From: Octopus sinensis
Lineage: Eukaryota
Length of the DNA: 64,000 bases
Assembly: GCF_006345805.1 (NCBI RefSeq)
Contig: NC_043000.1
Span: 59,024,001-59,088,000, forward strand
Reading direction: 5' to 3'
How positions within the stretch are numbered: the first letter of the stretch is position 1; each line of letters opens with the position of its first letter. Both the position numbers and the translations under genes were made by a program. The notes beneath the pieces are model-generated. The model made no database searches. It saw nothing but the letters and a program-made list of their open reading frames with translations, and was not told the origin of the DNA. This document shows positions 23,770-36,223 of this stretch, piece after piece.

Positions 23770-24846
23770 GCATCTAAGAAGTAAGGTGGAGAGGAGGTTC
23801 TGCTAGGTTCCTCACAGGCAAAGAACGCAGGTACAAGATTTCTGGGCAGGGAACACTGATGGGGTCGGGGACGTGGATATACTTCATGCAGAGAAATGGG
23901 TTGATAATGTAGTAGTCAGAGTATGCAATAGAATACTTAAGATTAAATTAGTGCTACATCATGGGTTAGCAACCATTATCTCGGCCTATACCCCTCAGCT
24001 GGGGCTACCTGATGGACAGAAAGACTGATTTTATGACACCCTCTTGCAGACTACCTCATTGACGAATGACAAGGACCTTCTCTTTGTGGCTGGTGACTTC
24101 AATGGACATATTGGGCAACATGCAGAGGGCTTCCATGGCATACATGGAGGCTATGGTTTTGGTTCCCACAATGAGGAGGCAACCAGGCTGCTGGAATCCT
24201 GCGATGCAAATGATCTTATGGTTTGCAATACTAACTTCAGGAAACCTGCCAGCCACCTAGTCACCTACCGATCTAATAGAGGGGGATATAGCATCACATG
24301 ATGTGGAAGACAACTGGAGGTTTCTATAGAACAACCTGCTGAGGGCTACTGACCAGATCTGTGGATGGTGCAAAGTCCCCTCTCGACCCAAGGTAACGTG
24401 GTGGTGGAACAATGTTGTTGACAGGGCCATTAGGGAAAAGAAACAGGCTTGAAAGGACTGGAAGAACAGTGGTAACAGGGAATTGTATCAGACTGCCAGA
24501 AGGGAAGCTAGGAGACAGGTTTATTTAGCCAGAGGGGAAGCAGATAAGAGAAAATTTGCCAATGTTCTGCACCGTGAGGACCAAAGACCTGAGGTATTTC
24601 ATATTGCAAGACAGTGTGTTAGAGAGAATCATGATATCGTAGGAGAGAAATGTGTCCACATGGATGTGTCATTAAATTTGGCTGCAAAGAAAGAGGTTTG
24701 GAGATGCCACTATAAAAGGTTGTTAAATAAAGAGAAATGAATGGGAGAAAGAGAGTCTGCCGAATGCTGACCCAACAGAGGGACCAGCTATCCGAATTGA
24801 CAGTACCTTGGTAGATAAAAGAATTAAGGGTATGACAACAGGGAAA
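23770..24846 (+). mobile_element. RTE LINE fragment (AP endonuclease and downstream region)
   Basis: FVAGDFNGHIGQH...HGGYGFGSHNEE...NTNFRKPASHLVTY and WWNNVV motifs; multiple stops and deletions. Confidence 0.85.
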
Positions 24847-24852
24847 ATTGGC

Positions 24853-25325
24853 CCTTTCCCTTGTATGAGGAATACCGAATGTCTTCATGCACTACCTGCC
24901 TGATAAAAAACTCAGACTCTCCCATGTCCCTGGTGATGGACCTGATTGACTTGAAGGGATCGTTGTCAATCATGACCTGGATCTCAGCAAAAATTCAGGA
25001 GTTCTCTTATTATGAGAGTGAGTTTTCTGAGCTGTTGTACCTTTGTAATCAACATTAGAGCCATCCAACACTTTCCAAATCGTCTACACTGTCCTCAGAT
25101 TGATACCCAAACACTCTAAGACGTTTGTATTGGAACTTCCAGTGCGAATGCCAAACAGTACAGTATGTCGTTTCCAAATTTCTGGCAGAATGTTTTGTGT
25201 CATGGCGCTGTTTTTCTCACAGACAGTGCCCAACTGTCCCTACTATATTGTGTAGTCAACAAAATCAAAAACAAACAACGCGCATGTGTGAAATTAAAAA
25301 TATAAAATCTCGACAATTTACCCAT

Positions 25326-25330
<5 letters not shown>
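24853..25330 (-). mobile_element. Tc1/maT-type transposon 5' fragment (HTH region)
   Basis: EIQVMIDNDPFKSIRSITRDMGESEFFIRQVVHEDIRYSSYK, an N-terminal transposase DNA-binding region. Truncated where it meets the RTE fragment. Confidence 0.7.
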
Positions 25331-25417
<87 letters not shown>

Positions 25418-25509
25418 AGTATTTATACACAAAGTTTGTTATTGGTGGTTAGTCTCATAAATAATGAACTGATAATGAACTAAAAACATCTTTGTTCTTT
25501 GTTTGACAG

Positions 25510-25563
25510 GAATATAATTTATGTGAAGCTTTAATTGAAACTTTGACTGTTATTCCAGAAGAG
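25510..25563 (+). CDS. IPO13: IPO13 exon 6
   Basis: EYNLCEALIETLTVIPEE; phase 0-0. Confidence 0.95.
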
Positions 25564-27317
25564 GTATGTTTTTTACATTTTTATGTTCTTTTCATTAACT
25601 AAATCTCTTAGATTTCTTTTCATTTATCTAGATTTTTAAAAAAATATCCTAGATTGATGTAAATAGTCACCTAAGTATTCTAAGTCCCCAGAAAAACTGC
25701 TATATCTTTTGGTTAGTCTACAAGAAAGAAGTGATTGAAGTTGTCCTTGTATATTTTTAATTCATAAACAGAACATAATAATTGATAAATCCAACAAAAC
25801 AGCCAGTACAGTTTTTTTTTTTTTTTTTTTTTTGCAAAACACACCTGCAGTCATGGTTGTGTAGTCAAGAAGTTTTACTTCACAATCAAGTGATGCTTGG
25901 TTTGATCCTATTGCACCGTATTCTGAATATGCATTTTCATCTATATCCTCAGGTTACATCAAAGCTTTGTGACTGAAACTAGATAGATGAAACTGCATAG
26001 AAGCCCATTCTGTTCTTAAATAGTAAACATAATCTGTTGACCTGTTTAATACCACTAGTTGACCCTTTGATTCCTTTTGTAGAGTCCACTCATTTGCAAG
26101 CATCCGGACTAGGTCTCTAGTCTGAGTATAACCCATAGTTTCTTCCTTCTTCTGCCTGGCTGTCCTGGAGGCTCTGCCTTAACCTCTGAATAGAGCATAA
26201 AAAAAGGACATAGTGAACAAGGAAATAGTTTTATTTAATATGAAATATAAATAAAACTTATAATATAATAATGTATGAGTTACATCATCATACATCTGTT
26301 TTCCATGTTGGACAGCTTGACAAGAGCTGGCTTCCCATAGAGCTGCACCAAGCTCCAATTGTCTGTTTTGGCATGATTTCTATGGCTGGATGCCCTTCCT
26401 AGCACTAGCCATTATACAGTGTTCTGGGTGCTTTTTAAGTGGCACCAACATGGATGCCTTATATGTAGCACTTGTACAGGTGCTTTTTATGTGGCACCAG
26501 CACTCTTGAGCTCACGCGACAAAGACCTCTCGGTAAACCAGGTTGTGGTAGATCTACAAGGGAAATAAAGTTACATTGCAATTGGCATATAACTTCATAC
26601 TTCAAAATTTAAAGTGTCTTTAAGTAAAAAAAAAAAAGTGGTGGGGGGATACAAAATGAAAGGTTTATATTTTTCATCTAACCATTACTGTAACAGAACC
26701 TGTTATCTCAAACTTGCAACAATTTTTATACCAAATTTATATAAACCTGTATCATCTGTTCCACATATTATGCCTTATAAAACGAGTTTTTTCATAGAAA
26801 CAACATGAAGATTAATTTTAGTTGCATATTAAGGAAGCATTATATATTAAAATACAATAACAAAGTACTAAAACCTCAGAATCTAAATGTAACTAAAAAT
26901 TGAATATTTCCTTACTTTTACATTATACACATTTCTCCAATCTTTTTTTCCTTTATAACTACATCACTATGGAACTCTTCTTGCTTGCATTTCACCACCA
27001 TCAATTTACATATTTGTAATTTGATGATAATATTGATTATGATTAAAATATTTTAATTACCTGTACTCGGGTTAAATTTTTAAAATGTTATGGGCTGATG
27101 AACAAAAAGCACTTTTAATGACAGTTTTTAATGGAAACTGATCAAAGATGTGACTTCTGACAATATACTTGTTACAAATAACATATAATTCAAATTACTC
27201 ATTTATCAGATATATCTAATTCGCAGAGAATACAAAATTTGAATGTTTGTGTCATCTTCATTTTATGTTTATTTTTCTATTTTCTTTCTTAACACAAATT
27301 CTATTATGTTCTATTAG

Positions 27318-27390
27318 TTTTTTAGTGTTTATCTCCCGCAATACAGAAAAGGAGTTGTAAAAAACTATCTCAGCAATGAACTTAAGGATG
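27318..27390 (+). CDS. IPO13: IPO13 exon 7
   Basis: FFSVYLPQYRKGVVKNYLSNELKD; phase 0-1. Confidence 0.95.
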
Positions 27391-28800
27391 GTAAGATTTT
27401 AAATTTATATGAAAGTTTATCAACCTAAAGCAGGAGTGAATTGAGTGTGTTCCATTTGATGTGGATTATTAAGCTATGAGAAATATTGGTTTCAAATTTT
27501 GGGACAAGGCCAGCTACTTCTAAGGGAGTGGGTTGGTCAATTAAATTGACCCTAGTTCTCAAATAGTACTTACTTTATTAACCCTGAAATGATGAAAGAC
27601 CTTGAGTCGACCTTGGTGGAATTTGAACTCAGAATATAAAGATAGATGAAATGCTGCTAAGCATTTTGCCTGGCATGCTAATGATTCTGCCTGTTCATCG
27701 CCTTGAACTATGAGAAAAATTGAATATGATTGAATTAAAGCACTAACTGGGCTTTGACAGATATTTGCATACATGAAACTAGGTATCTGCATGTAATAAG
27801 AATGGACGGCACACATCAGGTGAAACAGTGAAATGACTTGACAGTGGAAGGTTCTCTCTACTAGAGGTAGATCCTAGAAAATAGAAGAGACTATTTAGGC
27901 TTGAGATGAGACTAGAGAGGTTGTATTACACATTCACATGACCCAGGATTTAAATCAATGATAGGAGAAAATGCATGCTATACATGAATGAATGCAGTTA
28001 CAGAAGTTTTTTCTTTTCACCTTTGAAACTTTCATTTTCATAACAACAGTATTTGTGCAAACATAGTGCGCACACAATGTAATGACTTCGTTAAATGTTT
28101 ATGTTCTTTTATCATCATTATATATGACAAAGTAGTTTAGAACTATAGATACCAAGTCCATTTAGGAATTCTTAAAGGGGTACACTATTTTTTTCTGCTA
28201 CATGGCTGAAAACATGGTCATAAGTTCAAATTTTATTACAATACAAAGAGTTAGATTTGTTTGAATTACCTCAAGTGAAGACCTACTCTTATTTAATAAT
28301 TATGTTGTTTGCAGTATCAGCTATGAAAAAAAAAATGTATTCCAATAAAGGATAATGCTGATACAGAAAAATTTATGTAACAAGTGAAGATTTTCTTTAT
28401 TTCATATTTATGATGAAATATATTCATTTTTTTCCTTTTTGAATGAAACTTAAAGAAAAATAGTTTATAAAAAAGAAAAGAGAACAGTAAAGATATAGAG
28501 TTGAAATAGTTGTCGGTGCCTTGGGCAAGTGTCTTCTATTATAGCTGCAAGTCAATTAATGCCTTGTGAGTAAATTTGGTAGACAGAAACTATACAAAGT
28601 TGAACGAAAACTCTTTGACTTGAAAAACAAGTAACAGTTAGCAATATAAAGGATATCCAACTGTAAAACAATACCTCAGTAATATGTATTCACCTAACTC
28701 ATACTAGGATGGAAAAATGGACATAAGACAATCTAATGAATTACATTTTATGAACTGAATTTCTTTTTATTTAGAATATAACATTGTTTCCTCTCTACAG

Positions 28801-29014
28801 TAATTACATTACTTGAAAATTTAATGGCTTCTTCTCCAACTAATATGAAACTGGAAACTCTGAAATGTATTAATAGCTGGGCAGAATTTGGAATTCCACT
28901 TCATGAAGGAGAGGAGCTCATTGTACATCTATTTAAGATGATGCAGAATAGCGACCTGTTTGAAACAGCTGCTGATGTTTTGTGTGCCATTTTAGCACAT
29001 CCAGATTCCCACAG
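28801..29014 (+). CDS. IPO13: IPO13 exon 8
   Basis: ITLLENLMASSPTNMKLETLKCINSWAEFGIP...AILAHPDSH; phase 1-2. Confidence 0.95.
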
Positions 29015-29789
29015 GTAAGTTTTCTTTGAAGTTGATTAGCTAATAGAAGAAAAAAATCAATTTAAACCAAGTAGTTATTAAGGGCTTCAATAATTTCACA
29101 GCTGTACTGACTTAGGATACAGTATTGACTTATAAAGCATTTAATGTACTTCATAGTATATTATGGTTGCATAACAAAATACACAGTGTCCCTACAAGTA
29201 ATTAATATGTATATAACAGTGCACTGTGTACGTAACAATACTTTACAGGACATAATTATATAGGTACAGTCATGGTTGTGCAGTATAAGAAGTTTGCTTT
29301 GCAACCATGTAGTTTTGATCCCACTGTATTATACTTTGAGCAAATGTCTTCTATTTTAGCCTTAGGTTGACCAAAATGTGAGTGAAATTTGATTGATGGC
29401 AAAGTTTTGTGTATTGCACTTTCCAAAAGATGTTAAATGCAACATCTCAACCCTTGAGTCATTTCTGTTTCATTACAGCTAAATAACGATATGTATACAC
29501 TTATCCTATTGAGTTCTATTTTCCTGTTTGTTCCAAGAGACGTGTGTGTGTATTTGCCCCTTCATGTCTTCATATTGAATCATGCTTGGGCTATGATGAC
29601 ATTTCTATCTCCCATGAACAAAAACTACTGCAGCTCAGTGATTTGATGTGTGATGACAGAATAAAATACCTTAATTGAAAACAAGTGAGGGTTGGCATCA
29701 GAAGGTGCGACTATCCATAGGATAGTCTCAGGATGTCACATCCCACTCGTATCTGCACAGAGAAGCAGACATATGATGATGATGATTCT

Positions 29790-29990
29790 TTTACTTGTTT
29801 CAGTCATTTGACTGCAGCTATGCTGGCACACCGCCTTTAGTCAAACAAAGTGACCCCAGAACTTATTAGTCATAAGCCTATTACTTATTCTATCAGTCTC
29901 TTTTGCCGAACTGCTACATTACAGAGATGTAAACACACCAACATCAGTTATCAAGCGATGGTGGGAGGACAAATACCGGCATACAAACAT
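29790..29990 (+). mobile_element. SINE-like family C, representative copy
   Basis: tcttttacttgtttcagtcatttgactgc.gccatgctggagcaccgcc...gggacaaacacagacacacaaac. Other copies at about 46331-46470(-), 51470-51650(-), 54440-54650(+), 56430-56620(-), 60700-60900(-), and 61170-61390 plus 61405-61590 (+, tandem). Confidence 0.8.
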
Positions 29991-29995
29991 ATATA

Positions 29996-30028
<33 letters not shown>

Positions 30029-30034
<6 letters not shown>

Positions 30035-30160
30035 TATATAGAAGGAGCTTCTACAGGACTAGAACTGTTTCATTCAAGAGAAATCATCAGGAAGCTTCCT
30101 GATGATTTCTCTTGAATGAAACAGTTCTAGTCCTGTAGAAGCTCCTTCTATATAATAAAT
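30029..30160. repeat. Perfect 132-bp palindrome with no spacer, centred on gaagcttc
   Basis: Base-by-base reverse-complement symmetry about 30094/30095 from 30029 to 30160. Confidence 0.97.
30093..30143 (+). ncRNA. Type I hammerhead ribozyme motif (mirror copy on the minus strand at 30096-30046)
   Basis: agcttc-CTGATGA(30099-30105)-t ttc tctt gaa t-GAAAC(30118-30122)-ag ttctagtc ct-GTA(30135-30137)-gaagct. Helix I is 6 bp, helix III is 4 bp, and helix II is 3 bp with a U.U at the 10.1/11.1 position. Confidence 0.7.
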
Positions 30161-30229
30161 TAATTTTACTCTGCTATGTATTGAGTACCTTATTTACTGT
30201 GGTTAACCCCGAATCAACCCGGGACCTAC

Positions 30230-30260
<31 letters not shown>

Positions 30261-30644
30261 GCTTCTTTCAGTTTCCATCTATCAAATCCACTCACAGGCT
30301 TTGGTTGGCCCATGGTTATAGTAGAAGACACTTGCCCAAGATACCATGCAGTGGGACTGAAACCAGAACCATGTGGTTGGTAAACAAGCTACCTACCACA
30401 CAGCCGCTCTTGATATTATGTATGCTATAAATCTGTCGGGTTTTTTAATATAAACATGTTTGAAGGTTGCATTACCTGTAAAACAATTTGTGTGTAAATG
30501 TTAGTTGTACATACAGATGTGTGTGCGTGTATGTGTAGTACGCTTGGGTTAATAGTGCTTGATAGTAATTGAAGTATTGAATGGTCTTTTGTATATATAT
30601 ATATATGCATATGAAATATATGTTTATATATATCTCTATTTCAG

Positions 30645-30729
30645 ATTTCCTTACACTGTACAGAAATTATTGCCCCATGTTATACAGCTACAGCCTGTTC
30701 TAAAGAGAGCCATTGATGAAAAAAATATT
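30645..30729 (+). CDS. IPO13: IPO13 exon 9
   Basis: FPYTVQKLLPHVIQLQPVLKRAIDEKNI; phase 2-0. Confidence 0.95.
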
Positions 30730-30809
30730 GTAAGTTATTGTTTGAGATTTTCTATAAATGGTGGTAAATTTGTTGGAAACTGAACCTAGGAGATCTAAGT
30801 ATTGAAAGA

Positions 30810-31603
30810 AGAAAAGAATGAAGAGTGCCATTGTGAAAGGTTGCTAAATGAAGAGAATGAGTGGGAGAAAGAGAGTCTGCTGAATGTCGATCCAACAGAG
30901 GGACCAGCTATCTGAATTGAGAGTACCTTAGTATATAAAGCAGTTAAGGGTATGAAGACAGGGAAAGCCCCTGGCCCATCAGGATTCACTGTAGAGATGT
31001 TTAAAATATCTGGCAGTGTCGGCTATAGCCTAGTCACCTGTATAGTCAATCAGGTGTTACATGAAGGAGTCATACCCAATGACTGGTGTAGCGGCACCAT
31101 AGTCAACTGCTACAAAGGTAAATGTGATGCATTAGATATGAATAATTACAGAGATATCAAGTTGTTGAATCAGGTAATGAAAATGACAGAGAGGGTCATA
31201 GCCCAACTAATTAGGGAGAGAATCAGTCTAGATGAGATGCAGTTTGAATTTGTGCCAGGGAAAAGCACCACTGATGCTATATTTCTGGTAAGACAGCTGC
31301 AGGAGAAATACCTAGCCAAAGATAAACCTCTGTACCTGGCTTTCGTTGACATGGAGAAAGCTTTTGACAGGGTCCCCTGATCCCTTATCTAATGGACAGT
31401 ACAGAAAATAGGGATAGATGAGTGGTTAGTGAGCACTGTACAAGCCATGTATAGGGATGCTGTCAGTAAGTTGAGGGTTGGCAACAAGTACAGTGAAGAA
31501 TTCCGGGTAGGGGAAGGGGTCCATCAAGGATCAGTCCTCATCTCCCTCTTGCTCATCATAGTCCTCCAGGCAATAACAGAGGAATTCAAGACTGGATGCC
31601 CCT
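30810..31603 (+). mobile_element. RTE LINE reverse-transcriptase fragment
   Basis: KAPGP...NYRDIKLL...MQFEFVPGKSTTDAIF..RQLQEKY...AFVDMEKAFDRVP...GVHQGS. Fused at its 3' end to a family D repeat. Confidence 0.9.
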
Positions 31604-31790
31604 GTGCTGGTGGCATGTAAAAAGCACCATCCGAACATGGCCGATTGGTTGGCATTAGGAAGGGCATCCAGCTGTAGAAACATTGCCAGATCAGACTGGT
31701 GCCTGGTGCAGCTTCCTGGCTTTCCAGACCCCAGTCAAACTGCCCAACCCATGCCAGCATGGAAAACAGACATTAAACAATGATGATGAT
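31604..31790 (+). mobile_element. SINE-like family D (gatgat-tailed), representative copy
   Basis: gtgctggtggcatgtaaaaagcacc...ttaggaagggcatccagctgtagaaac...tgccagcatggaaaac.gac.ttaaa.gatgatgat. Other copies at about 20640-20890, 47180-47330, 51230-51455, 60340-60510 and 62770-62935 (+), and 26290-26520, 45740-45900 and 47340-47520 (-). Confidence 0.8.
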
Positions 31791-31869
31791 TAATAATTTG
31801 CATTTATATTCATTTAGTATTAATAATAATAATAATAATTGTATACAGTGCTCAGGTGCACTACAACTC

Positions 31870-32285
31870 ATCTAAAGTGTATATATAATCAGGTGTAGTT
31901 TCGGCGGATTTCGGAAAGCATGAGGGCCTTAAAGGATGCAGTGTCATGGCAGTCAACAACTGACGCAGGCAGTTTATTCCATGCTTCAGCAACTCTGAGC
32001 GTGAAAAAATGTTTCCGAAAGTCATGGGAGCTGTGTTGTTTTCTGACTTTGTAGGCATGTCCACGTGTGTTAGACACATGGAGATCAAAAAGGTGTTCAG
32101 TGTTGTTGTTGGTGAGGTGGTTGATAACCTTGTGGGTGTTTACCAAGTCCGTCGCCAGACGCCGGAGCTTCAGTGAATCCATGCCCAGGGAAACAAGGCG
32201 CTCAGAATATGGTAGGTGTCTGATGGAGGGTATGCGTTTGGTTGCACGTCTCTGGACAGATTCCAGGAGGTCAATGTTCTGAGCA
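31870..32285 (-). mobile_element. CR1-like LINE 3' fragment
   Basis: DSLKLRRLATDL...TRGHAYKVRKQHSSHDFRKHFFTLRVAEAWNKLP. Related remnant at about 34480-34700. Confidence 0.85.
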
Positions 32286-32783
32286 GGATTTTTATTTTAA
32301 TCCTTTTGATACACGTTTGAGATCATCCCTGTTTCTATGATACAAACTTTCTGTTTTAAAGTAATCTGTTAAGAAAACCTTCTGTCAAAATTTCTGGTTC
32401 ATTTATTTTCCAAACTTCAACAACAAAGTTAATTTACTGAATTCTTCATTATTTTAAGAACTAATTGAAACAAATACAGAAATATAACAAAAACAAGAAA
32501 AAGTAAAAAGAAAAAATGTATTATTTATGAATTGTTAATTGAATTTATTGGCAAATGGTAGAATTTGCAGAATGCTAGAAAAAGTTCTTTGTTGTATTTG
32601 GTTCTATTCCAAGTTCAAATCTTGATATAGTCAGTTTTCCTTTCCATCCTTCATGATAAAATAAGTGCCAGTGTTGTACTGGCCATTGATCTAAGTCAGT
32701 AATACCCTCCCACCAAAAATGTTTAGTCTTTTGCCTTTGTTAGAAATTACCATTTTGTAACTTGTAGGTTTTCTATCTTTTAG

Positions 32784-32915
32784 GAAGTCTGTAGCATAAT
32801 CTGTCGACTTGTGGTGTCCATTGCTGAAACTCATTCCAAGTTATTAATTAATTCTTTCCCTAATGGAGATGATATACAGAAACAAAATTCTTTGAATCTC
32901 ATGTATATGGTAATG
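32784..32915 (+). CDS. IPO13: IPO13 exon 10
   Basis: EVCSIICRLVVSIAETHSKLL...QNSLNLMYMVM; phase 0-0. Confidence 0.9.
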
Positions 32916-33902
32916 GTATGTTTTCAAAATCTTTAACTTTTCAACATTGGTGATAGATGGGTTTATTTTTCTGTCTTACATGTAAAATGTATCAAAGAAT
33001 TTATGATGTTGTTCATTAATGCAAGATTACACAAAGATATTTATACAAGTAATAGGTGCAGGCATGGCTGGTTGGTTGAAAAACTTACTTCTTAAACATG
33101 TGATCTCAGGTTCAGTCCCACTATGTAGCACCTTGGGCATGTGTCTTTACTATAGGCCAAATAAAGCCTTGTCAATGGATTTGGTAGATGGAAACTGAAA
33201 GAAGCTCATCATGTGTGTGTATATATGCACATGTGTGTGTGTACTCTTGTCTTGATATCATGTGATGGTTGTATATGAGTATTGCTATCATACAGGCAAC
33301 ACTGTTCATTTCTAGTCTTCTGTGGAAAACATGTCCGGCCATGGGAAACATTACTTTACTTGGAAACAGGTGAGGGTTGCTGGCAGGAAGGGCATCTGGC
33401 TATAGAAAATCTGCCTCAACAGATTCTGTTTGACTTACACAAGCACAGAAAAGTGGATGTTAAATGGTGATGATTGTGAATAGCAATGTCAAAATGTAGC
33501 AATATCTAACTTCACTTTTCAATGATGGCAAACAAGCTGAGGAAGTGCAGAGTCATAAGGTCCCTTTTGTTGTATTTCACTGATGATTTATCGACCTCTC
33601 TAGTGCTGGTGTCAGTGAGAAAATGCACACAATACACTCAGTAAAATGGTGGATGGTAAGAAGAGCATTCAACCATAGAAAGTGAGCCAAAATTCCATGT
33701 ATGAGTATTAGTCAGTGATAGTAGTAGATCTAAATAAGAATAAACTCAGATTATGATAACCTGTTCAATCCATGCCAGCATGGAAAGCCAACGTAAAATG
33801 ATGATAGGGGGTTGGTGTCTGTGGAAGCATCATCATCATCATCTAATCATTAATATTCCATAAGTTTGTTAATATTTTGCATGTGTATATTTTCTTTATT
33901 AG

Positions 33903-33983
33903 GCTTGCACTGGTTTGCCTGGCTATTACCCTGTTGATGAAACTTGTAGTGAGCTGACCTTCACATTTTGGTATGCTATCCAG
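33903..33983 (+). CDS. IPO13: IPO13 exon 11
   Basis: ACTGLPGYYPVDETCSELTFTFWYAIQ; phase 0-0. Confidence 0.97.
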
Positions 33984-34937
33984 GTATGATTGTCATGTAT
34001 TTCTCTCTTGAATTTCAGCAAATTAAATTATTTCTTTATCTGTTTTCATTGAAATTCTTAGTTTAAACATTCTGGTAATTTTCTCTGTAAAATATTTAAG
34101 TTTATTCAAATAAAACACAAGTCCCTGTCACACAAAGTTTTTATATTTTTTAAAGTTTTAGTACTATAATTTAATGACCTATGTTTCCTCCAGCAAGTTG
34201 TTTTTAACACCAGGTTTGTTCTTATCAAATAGTCATATGATCAAAAGTATTCCAGCTTTGACCATACTGTCTTTTCTGTGTCAGGGATTTCACTGACTGG
34301 TGTTACCTTTACTTAAGACAGTAGGGGATGATTTGAGGGAGGTTTGGCTGCTATTTCTTACAGTTTGAGTGTCTGTAGAAACTCTATCCTTGTATTATAA
34401 TAATATAATAATGAACTTAATGTATACAGTTCTCAGGTCTACTATAACTCACCAGAAAAAGTAACTAAAACTGCATGAACAGTACATAGAATATGAACAG
34501 GAAGTGAACAGTGAATAAGTCTTTAAAAGAAAAAGACAGGCGTGGGATGCATCAGGTGTACTGTTGGCAAATTTCAGGAAACATGGAAGTTTCGAAGGAT
34601 GTAGTGTCCCAATAGCTAAAAAGAATGTAGGTAGTTTATTCCATGCTTCAGCAATTCTGAGTGTGAAAAATTTTTCCTGAACGTCATGGGCGCTGTGAAG
34701 TTATGATTAATGATCAGTTTGTGTGAAATATGTAAAATATTCAAATAATGTAAAATGTGTGATACTTATTAAAAAAACTATAATGGAAGAAAAATCAAAT
34801 GCTTTTGTTTCTTTAATTCTTCTGAGGTTTTGTTTTTTGTTTTTATAGATCATCTTTTCATTATTCAAAAAGTTTCGTAGTATTTTTTATAAACTATAAA
34901 CTACCTAAAAGGGTTCAGTAATTCTTTTTTTTTTTAG

Positions 34938-35076
34938 GATGAGCTAGTTGAGCTTGGTTCTGATGCTGATCCACAGTTGATGCCAATTTTTCGAGAAATA
35001 TATTGCAAATTGGTTGAAGTGTTACTAACAAAAGTGCAGTATCCACCTGACCAGGAATACAATTCTTGGTCTACAG
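34938..35076 (+). CDS. IPO13: IPO13 exon 12
   Basis: DELVELG...LVEVLLTKVQYPPDQEYNSWST; phase 0-1. Confidence 0.95.
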
Positions 35077-36173
35077 GTAAGCTGTTTATTATCTTTAAGA
35101 TTGAGGAGGCTGAAAAATAATGAGTTTTGATACCTGCTTTTATATGCATCTCATTTAGTTTCTTTTATCAATTAGACATTTATTTCGTTATTTTGTTAGC
35201 TAAAAATAATTAATGCAATACTAAGTGCTAACTTAGTATATTTTAACAGATCTTCCAGATTTTTGTTATTGGTGTTACATTTTATAAAACATTATAAGTC
35301 TTTAGCTTTCTAAAGTTTTGATGTTTATATATATATGTTGCTATATTTAGTTAATAGTAGATATTTTAAACATTTGAATGAGAAATATTTCGATTTGAAA
35401 TAATGTACTGAGGTTGATAAAAGCTCTAGAATTATTGTTTTTTTTTTAAACGTGTTTGTATCTGCACCATTATTGGTTTAATGTGCATTTTTATGATTTT
35501 TGTTGTTTTGTTTTTATGCTATATGATGTTTCCATATCTGAACAATATTTTTATTCAATTGCTATTTAAACAATTATTGAGGTAAAATAATGGAATTCTT
35601 TTATTATATCACTTTACATTTCATTGAAAATAAATTCTTAAAATGCCTGTTTAAGTTAACTCAAAATGTTAATTTAATTAAATGATTTCAGTTTTCTTTT
35701 TCTAAAACTTTATTTTCTACTTCAAAAATTAAACCTCTGCAATAAAGAAAACTCTGTTTTAATGTATGTGAATAAATGTAATTTCTAGAGCCTTTTATCC
35801 TCAGTTCACATTAAATATTTTTAAAAAATGTGCAATTTTTTTCTAACAGAAAATTGCTACACTGTGTTATGCAATAACTTTGAATTAATTTGCAGAGACA
35901 GAATCTTAAATTAGTGAAATTCTATGATAATTTATCTTGAAAGTTTGATGACAAAAACTCACTAAACTTTAGCATTCATATTATTAAAAAAAATTATTAA
36001 TGAATTGTAAGAGACTAACTTATATAATGTATATTTTGTATAAAGAACATTAGTCTTGATGTTTTATATTAAATTCATAGAAGATATTATAAATTAGTTC
36101 TTAATAAACTGTTTATATTTTAGAATTTACATTTATGTTTGGTATTTATTGGTGTACATTCTATTCATTGTAG

Positions 36174-36223
36174 AACAAAAAGAACAGTTCAGGTGCTATC
36201 GACATGACATTGGAGATACTATG
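36174..36223 (+). CDS. IPO13: IPO13 exon 13
   Basis: (E)QKEQFRCYRHDIGDTM; phase 1-0. Confidence 0.97.

Noticed and set aside
32910-32915. Alternative donor ATG|GTAATG six bases upstream in IPO13 exon 10
   Set aside because: Alignment to human (NMIM|FCTG) favours the 32915 end. No evidence of use is available from sequence alone.
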